From NCBI GenBank assembly GCA_050084985.1, contig JBITNC010000001.1, positions 135,594,001 through 135,658,000 of the forward strand: a DNA stretch of 64,000 nt, read 5' to 3'. Positions within the stretch are counted from its first letter, which is position 1; every line of letters starts with the position of its first letter. Origin of the DNA: Nageia nagi (taxonomy: Eukaryota; Plantae; Pinophyta). The notes beneath the pieces are model-generated. The model saw only the letters and a list, made by a program, of their open reading frames with translations, was not told where the DNA came from and did not search any database. Positions 1 through 11,000 of the stretch are shown here, piece by piece. The position numbers and the translations under genes were made by a program.

Positions 1-235
1 TGCACCTTGACATCCTTTCTTCCCAAAGGTTGGAGCTGACTGGTTTGAAACTAAAGGAGAGGTTGAGCGAGCTTTAAACTTATCCTCTGTGAGAGGGTAG
101 TCCTTAATTTTATGCTTAGCTAATTACTAATGTTAACAATTGTTTGACATATTAATATATACCACACATTGCATAAAAGAATAGTCCCCTATCTCTAAGT
201 TAATACTCTCCCGAAGATCTTTTGAAATATCAACC

Positions 236-960
236 TTAACATACACTCATTTGGTAGGGCACACATAACACAACTTGAGGGGTTCCATGCAAAAAAATAT
301 CCCAAGAGGGGTCGCCAAACACTATAAAGGGCCATAAAAGAATTGGGAGACCTGAGAATTCTACCCAAACTGAAACTTCCAATGAAGCTTCATCATAAAC
401 AGTGAAACTGCAATAGTAGGGTTGAAAAACAAGGACAAACACACAAACTAAGGGCCCTTTTGCAATCCTTTTTAAGCTTGAGAAGGGTCCACAAAGCAAA
501 AAAAAAATCCTCTTTTCAAATTCTAAATGTGTTCAACCTTGATACCAAAAGGTTACCATACTTAATGCATCCAACCATGCAATAAGGAATCACTAAGAAT
601 TCTACCTAGGAAGTAAGCAATAAGGGTACGTGCCTCAAACTATTCACATGAAGAGGTGAAATTAGCATTAAGAAGAGAAATCTTTAGGTACAATACCATT
701 ACCTTGTGATAAACCTTCTATACAAATTTGTAAGGGGATTTTAGAGGCGCCATGACTAGCTCCAACTTCGATAACTTTAGTATCAACCGAATTAGTCACG
801 TGACCTAATGCCATTAAAAGGTAACGATAGGACATTGCTAAAGGCATTGTAAAAGTAAGTACATGGAAAGTCTAATAAAATCTTGCACCATATCCTAATA
901 GGGCAAGCAAAATGGAGTGCTCTTATGGTATTTTTAGTATTAACTATATCTACTTTTTCC
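236..960 (-). mobile_element. Degenerate L1-clade LINE ORF1 fragment
   Basis: ORF 236..499 contains EVSVWVEFSGLP, matching the plant L1 ORF1 motif (V)PVWVxxPxLP and the L1 copy at ~41205 (EVPVWVEFPRLP). Boundaries approximate. Confidence 0.5.
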
Positions 961-1775
961 TGTCTGAAGATCATATGAATTTGTTCTCAATTTTGTAATC
1001 ATTATTTTCTTTTTAAAATCAACAATCTTGTATGGGTAGAATGGATATCCAATTTTTAAGTTGATAATATTTTTATAATATACTTTCTTTTATTTTTAAT
1101 ATTATCATCATTTCAAAAAATTTGAAATAATGTATTTAAAGTTTTTAGAATTTTCAATTGTATTATCTAAGGAGTTATATTATCATGTATGTCATCATTA
1201 TCATTTAAAAATCTTAAATTTAAGTTATCATTATCATTTGAAAATTTTTTAGTCAACTTTTTTTTATTAGAATAGGGGAATAGTTTAATTACACTTTTCG
1301 ACTCCTCTTCATAGCTTCAAATCATACTCTTCATTTCTACTATAACCTCTAATATATTCGTGTTCAAAAACATAATTACAACACAACCTCAATTCTACAA
1401 CCACTCAAACATAAACTTAAATCTCCATATTTAAAATAAACATCTCTAACAACCTTGAATTCTTTTAATCAACCTTTTTGATTCAACAAAATCACAAAGA
1501 ATCTCTAAAAATCTAACTTATAATGACATAGAGTATATGTTCGCTTTCAATTGAAAGTAGACCAACTTCCACGACAAAGATAGTATGATGCATATTAGTT
1601 TAAACTTTGTACGTAATCTAACCTGCGAATACGGCTTTTTTAAGTTTAATTATTTCCTATTCAAATTTGCCTTCCACCATTTCACACTCAAAGTCAGCGC
1701 CTTCCTGCTTTAGGAGATTTGATACAATCAGCCAAGCTCCAGAGTGGAGGCCCGAGCGGCCTTGATCGCTTTAGC

Positions 1776-2003
1776 ATGGTCAAGCTGACTGGTTCAAAGC
1801 CGGCGCCGGATTCTTCTCCCGATGGCATTTTTACCCCTCTTCTGCCATACTCCTCTCTTCACAACGCCAAAATCATGGATGCCGATGGAAAACTCAGCTC
1901 GCCCACGGCCACGGCCTCCGCTGGAGAAATCACCGGCGGAATGGATTCCGGCGAGAAGCGACTTAACGAGCTGGGCTACAAGCAGGAGCTCAGAAGAGAA
2001 ATG
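1776..2003 (+). CDS. BAT1: BAT1-like exon 1 (MVKLTG...ELGYKQELRREM)
   Basis: ATG at 1776 (in-frame alternatives at 1875 and 1941), donor ATG|GTGCTC at 2004, GC-rich first exon. Confidence 0.88.
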
Positions 2004-5000
2004 GTGCTCTTTTTCGTTCTCTTTCATGGGAAGTGGATGTTGTTTTGTGTTGAATTTGGGGTTTAAGTTAATGTCTTTCGGGTTGGAATGGTGCAGACAT
2101 TGTTCAAGACTCTTGCGATTTCGTTTTCAACAATGACGCTATTCACAGGAATAACGCCGTTGTACGGCTCGAGCTTACTTTACGCGGGCCTGCGCCTCTT
2201 GTTTGGGGATGGATCGTTGTCTCGTTCTTTACATGTTTTGTTGCGGTAGCCATGTCAGAAATTTGTTCATCATTTCCTGTGAGTATTTTTTTTTTTTTTC
2301 TTCAATTCGTTTTCTAGCAGTTTTCGCAGTTAAATATTTTTTTTCTAGTACTTTCCCTCTGAATTATGGCAATCAAGCGGTCATAGTTCAATTTCCCTGG
2401 AGTCGTGAATTGTCGTCTGCGTTTAAGTCATTTTCCCAGCGGTTTCGAGTTCGATAGGCGTTGAATTGCACAAACTGTGAAGAAAGTGGTTACAAGTTCA
2501 GTTCTCCTAACGAAAATTAGAAATCCATAACTAGTTACATTATTCCCTGTTTTGGCGTCAGTTGGAATCCTGCGTCAGACCCCAGATATAAACTTTTAAG
2601 AAATTTTTTAAATGTCTAATAGTATTAGTAAATTATAGTTGAGGAATCCCATAAAGTTGATATCATACATAAATGCTTGAGGAATCCCATAAAGTCGAAC
2701 ACTTTTAAATCTTGTGAAATATTATAAAATTGTTGTATATTTTATAAGGAATCCAGATGCACTTCCAAATTTTGGTAAACATAACAAATTTTTATATGTT
2801 TTACACAAAAAAAAAGGTGAACGTTTTTTTTAGATTTTGTTGATTGGCAAATAAATATTTTGTTTTTCAGAACCTGAGTAGGCGTATGCTATTTTCAGAG
2901 GATTAAAAGAAACAAAGTTTTAAAATTTTAAAAAGAACAGTTGCCACCTATTCAATCTTAAATGAGCATTGAGAATAAATTTGTTTCTCTTGTTTGTTTT
3001 TGCTGCATGTATGCTTTGCACAAGTCTATGCTGTTTGAATGTGCATTTTGCACAGAAATTGCTGATACAGTGATAAGTAAGAATCTTGTGGACATGCTGT
3101 GCATGCACTCAAAATTTTCTTCTGATTTCTTTGTTTGGATGTGAGAGAAATTGCTTGAGTGTTGTATTTGACCTCGTAAAACTTAAGAATCTGAATTACC
3201 TTTCTTTGTAAGAAGAGATGACATCTGCTTGCTAGAGGTGTTTCTTATTACAAGGAAATCCATGGGACATGCATCTCTGAATATGAGTTTGATATTATAA
3301 AATATTTGAGGCTTACAAGTTCATTCTTTGTCTTCAAGGGCAAGTGGCCATGCCGGTTGTCTGGGATATTGACTTTGGGCTCTGTTTCCTTTCTAGCCAG
3401 CTGGCTGTTAGGCATACATTCTCCACATGTCTTCAATTTCATAAACACTATTTGTTCTATTTTCGTTTTGGTCCTATCACTCACTTTCAAGCAGAGTCTA
3501 ATAAGCACTTAATGGCTTGACTCATTAATTATCCTTGGAAAAGCTTCACTTTGAAACAATTCAATCTATATGGATTAATTTGTCCATTTTCTTATTGAAA
3601 GGGGAAACTAAGAGAACATCAACAATGTGAAAAAGACGATTCAGATGGGAAGACTTCAGGCTCTGTCAATTTGAGTTGAAGTCCCAAATAACAAAACCAT
3701 CGATGAATACAGGTTGGCAATATTGCAAAGAAACACACATTGAATGAGAGAACTTGGAATTTGTAACAAAGGACATGTAAAGCCCTGAAGGTTAACTTTT
3801 GATTAGCACTTGGAAAATGAAACGTGGGAGAATATCCTTGTGTTTATAGGCACCAGATTCGTAAATCATCTAGAAATTTTGCTTTCACTGAAGGCGAATT
3901 GTCATAAATGACAAAAATAAAATATTAAAATATGATGCAATGTGATAGCCTTGGATGAATGACTAACGTTCACCAGGCAATATTATATCCAAACACCTGC
4001 CCAGAAGACTAACTAGGGGATAAGTTACGAAAGATCACATTCATGCTGGAGGAAAGGTGTCACCACGCTTAACACTCTTAATTAATTGCAAATTCCTAAA
4101 CTCGATACATCTCCTGAAGGTGCTTGAATTTTGTCTCTGCCTATGAGGTGTGAAAATGTATGCTATATGAAGCTTCATAGTAATATGTTTGAGATCTGTT
4201 TTCTTTTCCTGGACCAACTGCCTCATATAAGACATGTGAATCTCAATATGCATGGCACGGATGCTGGATTGTTTTGTTTTTTCCATAATAACTGCACTTT
4301 GGTTGTCTAGTTCCAGAATACTAGGCTGATTGTGAGTTATACCAGGTTCAAGCAAAAGCTATTGAATCCACTTATCCTCTTGGTTGACATCCAGAGCACT
4401 TCAATACTTTGTCTTTGCAAAAGATAATGCTATGGCATTTTTCTTCTAGCTTCCCTAAGCAACAAGACAATCGATGTGAAGGCATATTTTGAGTTAGATT
4501 GTTGATTGCTCACATCTCTAACCCATTCAGAACTGAAATACCACAAAGTAGATGTGTACTATTTAGAGTAGAAGATTTCTATGTCTAATGTGCTCTTCAT
4601 ATACCTCAATATTCTTTTTTCCCCTTCTAGTGGGATTATCTAGCATTAGCCATGAACTTGGATACACACTATGTTAAAGAAAATGTTTGGTCTAGGTAGG
4701 GTCAAATACAAGAGGCTTAACACAGTGGATAGAAACAAGATAGCATCAATGAAATGGTGTTTGGGATCTCCAAAAAATATTTTCACTTCTGAAGTCAAAG
4801 GAGTAGCAACATTCTTGTAATTGTCTACCTTGAGTTATTTGAAGAGGTTTGAGGTGTATTTAGGTATCAAAAAAAGCTATGTATTGCTCTTTGGCAAAAC
4901 TTACAAACCTAGAGATAAATGCAACAAACCTAGATTAGTCATCTTAATGTTTTTTCTTTCTTTCTTGTCTTTATACTCTTGAATTCTAATGAGGAATCCT

Positions 5001-8000
5001 TGGTGATAATTAAATTATCAATGAAGAGCACAATGACCAGAATATGACCATCTGTTCTTCTCATCTACAATTGCTCTTTGTTCCACATCTCAAAAACCCT
5101 GAGTTGATGATGATGAATAAATGAATGATGTCTTTTAACATCCTTTAAACCCAATGGTTTGTAGGACCTATCAAAATTTGTCCAAAGATAAATATAAATC
5201 ATTTACATATTTAAACGATAGTTTCTAACAAAATTAAGATTCATAATAAAATTGCCAAGATGGCAATCATCTCAGAGAATGTTCAAAGGGCTTGATTGGA
5301 CCTATATAAGGTACTAATTTAATTTGCAAACATACATGACAAATCCATGCTTCTCAAATCCTCAATGGTTTTTCCTTGAAATATATATTCATGCTATTCT
5401 TCACAAGGGAAGAAACTCTTGACATTTATATGGTGAAGCTGAAGCCTAAAACAATTAGCTAGGGTAGGTACAAGCTAGCTGAATTTTTTCGAGCAACTAA
5501 AACAAAGGCTTTGGTGTAATAGACTCCTTCCTTGGGAGAGAATCCTTTAGCCCCAAGTTGAGCCTTATCCATTTTGTTGTAGGGGTATATTTGTCCTTTT
5601 AGATCGTGTTAAACCAGAGCGTGCTCCAGACGCCACGGTTGATCCGAAGCACTGGAGAGGGCTGCCGACACTTCGGATTGGCTGGAGCGGTTCATAAAAT
5701 CAAGGCAACGTTCCAGAGCACCGCTGGAGCAGCCGGTCGCTCCGGGTGGCAATAAAAAAATTTGCAGCTAATTTAAAAAAAAAGGTCATAACTTGAAATA
5801 AAAAACATGGGGGTGGATCCCACTCATGCCCCCACCCCTCAGTGGTAGCTAGTCAGGAGGTTGATGATGATGATGCTCAGAGGTTGATAGGATTGCCATT
5901 AGACATGGAGGGTATCCAGTTGGATGATGAGGGCAACTCATCAGATGATCATGATATGGATGAGGCGGAGGATGCTGATTCTGACTATAATCAGAATATA
6001 TTAGGGGCACATGAGCCAGAGCTAGAGGATTAGACTTAGAGTCTTAGAGGCTAGAGCCATAGTTTGATACTTGATAGTTATGGTTTTGCTATTTTGAGCC
6101 TTTGGCATTTTGCTACTATGACATTATGACTCATTTTGATATTTTGACATTATGTACTACTGATTCAGACTTGTTTGTCACTTAATGACAATATGGCTCG
6201 TTTTGATTTCTCATTTTTGCCTTTCAGATTCATACTTGATTATGTTTTGTAATTTAAATTCATACTATATTTGATAGTAAAAATGAATTAAAAACAATGA
6301 ACAAGAAAAAATCTACAAATCTTGGGATTTTTTTACTAGCTGCTTCGCCTACCGAATCAGAGCCGCTCCCTAAAAATGACATTCGTCGCTCTAGAATTCC
6401 GGAGCGCGCTTCCGCTGCTTTTGACTCACAGTGTAACCTTGTTTTAGATCCATTTGTACCCTATAGTTACCTTACCATGGGTTGGGGGAGCTAATTCTCA
6501 ATCTTGTTCCTCATCAGTTCCTTATATTAATCTCTTATAGTTGGTTTTGATTTTGGGACACCATAGCCTTGCTTGTAAATAATAGGGTATCCACTTTAAT
6601 CACCTTGCTCATGAGAATAAAATTATCCGTTCGCTTTTGCCATTAGTACTCCCTGAATGCTCCTAATTTGTTGGATCCTATGTTTACTCTTGTGAATGTG
6701 CTTTCAAGTTCAAAGCGTTTCTAGGCTCTCCATGCCTAGAATTTGATGTGCATACTCATGAGATTAGTAGAAAGCTTTACCAACCTCATAACCATTAAAA
6801 TTCTCACCATGATCAACATGATGAGGTTCTTGGCATCATGTTCTCTTTCATGAGACTCATGACAATAGCATGACCATTCTCTTTATGAGTCATGACAATA
6901 GTAGCAAAAATCAAATATCATTCACATGTCTCAAGTCAAATGACTTGAAATGAGTATTCATCACTTGACTTAACAAGATTCTTCTTTTTTGCATTTTTGG
7001 GCCAGTTTTACAAAAAATCTGCAATTAATCATTGATTTGAACATTTGACATGCGGACACCATTCAAATAAAAAAGTATCTCAAAAATATAAAAGAAATAT
7101 TTCTTCATTTGCAATTTTCAAACTTGGTAAATAGCATAAAAGGTAATAGAAAAACATGAAATTGGCAATGGTAAGAGGTAAAAATTATGATCTGGTAATT
7201 TCTTGCTAGACTTCTAAATGCATTTGCAAGTCAAAATGGTTTTTTATTTATTTATGAATGAACAGTAATTTTTTTAAGGCCTAAGGTTTTATTGTTGTAA
7301 ATTTATATTGTAAATGTATTTCCTTAATAAATTTATTTCTTTCCCTTTGTAGTTGCTAGTCAGGATTTCCAAATTTTTCTCATTTTGCATAGCTAGCGTT
7401 TTTGTTATTCTGATTTCGCAAGATGAGGGGTAGACAAATGGACTCTTGTTGGAAGAATCGGAAATTAGGTAAGAAACCTAATTATTGCATTTGCAACCAC
7501 TATTAGTGGTCTCATAAATGGGAGAATCAACAGAATGAAATACCTTGCATGAGTAGTTTGCCATGATGTTAGGCCTTGTGAGAGAGCAAAGCAGGAGGTG
7601 ATGTGACAAGTTGATGATTAGTTGGAGGCCTTTCTATATAAGTCATCAAAGAAGAGACAAATTGAGGCCATAGCAAGGCCTTATACAACAAAAAGCTGTA
7701 GCCTTCAATCCATCCATTTCTGACAGAATTTGGTGTTGCCAATAGCTATGTAACAAACAATATTGGCCCTAGAATGAGATGTGGGGCTGCTAGTGCAAAT
7801 CCTAGGGCAATAATATATTAATAAGTAATTTCATTGTATGCAAAGATGTTCCCAGTTCTCAATCCCACGGAGGACACTAGGTCATGGAGCAAGGATTAGC
7901 ATAGAGGCCAACAAGGAATGTGCAAATTTGTGTTACTTCTCCATCATTATATTCAATGTTGCGAGGCCACTATATTGTGAGTATACGGACAATGCAATTG

Positions 8001-11000
8001 TTGTTTGTGGGCTTGGGTTCAAATCACCCACTTATTATGAATTGTTAGGCCTCATGCTTTAGGAACTTGTTAGTGACATTCAACTAATTATTAATGAGCA
8101 GAAGAAAATTTGGAAGAGAAAAATTTGCAACATAATGATGAATGAAAGGATTGATGGAGCAATATAACTTGCATCAACTTCCTTGTTTCTTTCTATTTAT
8201 AAAAAAACATTGCATTTCTAGTTCCTAACATGTTTTACGGTTAATATAAAAAATATTGTTTTTTGGTGACAAAATATGTTTTGGTCGTTTTAACTTTCTT
8301 TTGCTGAGTTGAAAGAGAAATGAGTTTTTGCCGAGTCCAAGTTCAATGACTATGTTCATGACCATGACTAGGTCCCCCATTACTATAGGAAGTTGCAAAA
8401 GATGTTTGATAATAGGGATTCCCTCACAGTCAATTAGAAGGGGATATCAAAAGACATGTTTGGAGCAATGCCTTTCATTAAAGTCGTATCCTTATGGTTA
8501 ATAATTCCTCACTGTTGACATGCTTACCATCATTTTTTGTCCTTATCTCCACCTTGATAACCTTCCCACGTTGCTTTTCAACCAATGGTCTGAACCTAAT
8601 AATATGACTCAAGGCATTGCTCCTTTGCTTGAGAAAGTATATGAACATCTTCGAGAACAATTTTCATTTAAGACAATAATGAAGCTAGCACGAGCAAGTG
8701 AGGAGTATGTATGAGATCACACCAATAATTGAAATTTTGTTTAGGTTAACTAAGTCCTTGACAATGCTAGTGTTGAGTACCCAAACCAAAAACCTTTCAT
8801 CTATTCACACACCAGCAATATAGCAATAAAGTTAACATTGAATATAGAAAAATGCAGGGCATGGTTGCAATAATAATGAGACTTGAACGAAGCTTCACCA
8901 ACCTCATAACCATTCAAATTCTCACCATGATCAACATGATGAGCTTCAAGACGATCCTTGGTATCACGGTTCTCTTCACGAGTCATGACCATGACAAGGT
9001 CTTCAATCACCAAGAGAAATTGCAAAGCTGGTCCATGAGAGGGCCCCTCATTTTAAAGCATAATTGCCAGGTCTAGCGTGTTTGGTTCGAATGGAAGGGA
9101 AAAAAGTTTAAGGGTCTCGTTTATCTAGAAAGTTTAGATTCGGTTTGGTTTTGAAAAAAGCTATACAGAGAGTGTGAAAACATTTAAATACAAAAAAATC
9201 AGAATATGTTAAAAACTCAATTTAATAAATTTTGTATTATAACATAAATGTTTCAAATGTTTAACATAAATTTAGTAAAAAATCTATTTTAATTAACATT
9301 AAACAAAATTTACATTTATAAATTTAATTTAATTTATTATATTAAATCTAAATTGAATATTTGTAAACAAATCCCTGTTCCCCCAAGAAAACATAAATGA
9401 AAATTCCTAGGCCAATGAAGCTTGTATCTTGGGCTTTACGAGATGAACAATATCTACCTGGTCATATTTGCTAGCATCAACCTTTCCCTTGCTACAAAAT
9501 ATTACTCACATAACACCATCTGACATGGTTATCCCTTGAATGTGAATTTCATTAATCTCGCTGCTCCTTCTCCTGTCATGGCATATGAAAAATTAATAAT
9601 GGAATCCAGAAAAAAGAGAGCCTAAACACTATTGCCAAGTGAACCCAAGCTACTTTGTGCTTTGAGCAAGAACATACAGGTCATGCAAATGTGATGTCAT
9701 TGAAGCAGCAAGTCTGCCAATGGAAGCTGCTAGAGACAGTGTCAGGTTTCCCAATCCTAGCAATAGTGGTATTTTTACTTTTAGTTCGCATTTCTGCAGT
9801 CCTTGCTGCCTGTATCAGGAAGGTAAGCTCCAGTGGCGAGCATCAGACCCCAAGCAGAAAGACTGGTTGATTAAGCTAGTAGAGGCTGGGCTTCCATTGG
9901 AAGCATGACCTCTTGATTCAGTGGATCATATTCCCTGCAAAGATGCATGACATGAGCCAACTCAGCAGACAAGCGACCTATAAGTGCGCTCCTTTTGATT
10001 AGAAGCTCCTCTGCCTCATTCCTTTAAACCTAACAAAATACAAAGGTACCTTCCTCTGTAAAGATACATAAAAAAATATTCTTTGTTATTTTGAAAAATG
10101 TAGACTAGCAAATAAATAAGGTCTGGATTGAACTTATTATTGTTCCGTAAAATCTGGTCCTGATCAAACATGAACCAGGTTCAGCCAGACCTGGTAACTA
10201 TGCTTTCAAGTAGGAGGGAAGATCAGAAGACATGTTGGGAGAAAATCCTTTCTGAAAAGTCATATCCTTACAGGCAATAACTTCTTGCCAGACATGCTTA
10301 CCACCATGCTATGCTGTGATCACCCGCCTGGATGGCCTTCCTACTTTACTTTTGAACCAATGCCTTGAACCTTATGATGCGATTCACAACATTGCTCCTC
10401 TGCTTGAGAAAGTACATGCACAGCCTCCTAGAATAATCATCATTGAAGTTTAGAAAGTAGATAGCATCAATAAGTGGCGGATCATGCATATGATTATATG
10501 TTGCTTTGGTTACCTAAATCCTCTATAATTCCAAATTTCCAATGATGAGAACAAAGACCAAGAGCCTTTTGTCCATTCACAAATTAGCGATATCGCAAAT
10601 GAAACAAACATTGAACTTAGAGAAATACAGGACATTGTTGCAATAATAAGAGAGAACTTCAAATGTGTAAGTCCCTTAGGGCACATTTTTACTAATACTT
10701 GAAACGGAAAATGATCACAATGATATAATCCTTTATGGAACCTTTTTCTCTCTCTTACATACCAATTATTATCTGTAGAAAAACAACACAAACGATCTGG
10801 CTTAAAACCCATCCCTGGAGTACTGTGTCATTTAAGTTGTACCCCAAAAACTTAGCTGTAAGCATTGAAATGCAATCATAAGTTTGATCACAAGTTCCCT
10901 GTTTGATCAAATACACTTCCTCTGCCCATTTTCAAGTTTCTGCCAACATTATATTCAAAGCCATTAAGGAATAAGAAAGCAACAGATTTCTGATGATCTT

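Noticed and set aside
1090-1250. Repeated TCATTATCATTT.AAAA motifs upstream of the gene as cis-elements
   Set aside because: Low-complexity AT-rich repeats with no specific motif support; no TATA box could be assigned confidently.
1794-2457. ORFs 1794..2027(-), 1822..2136(+) and 2203..2457(+) as separate genes
   Set aside because: They are shadow frames of GC-rich exons 1-2 running into introns, with no independent protein signature.
2639-2696. 19-bp direct repeat TTGAGGAATCCCATAAAGT as a CRISPR-like array
   Set aside because: Only two copies, in a plant intron, with no cas genes; a simple local duplication.
5842-6033. Acidic 63-aa ORF as a novel small protein
   Set aside because: It has a GTG start, lies inside a TSD-flanked hAT element, and parallels the transposase tail at 12500-12739.
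10510-10900. ORF 10510..10812(-) with PDRL...CDHFP as a LINE endonuclease fragment
   Set aside because: The resemblance to RLDR...SDHxP is plausible but too weak to call without a search.
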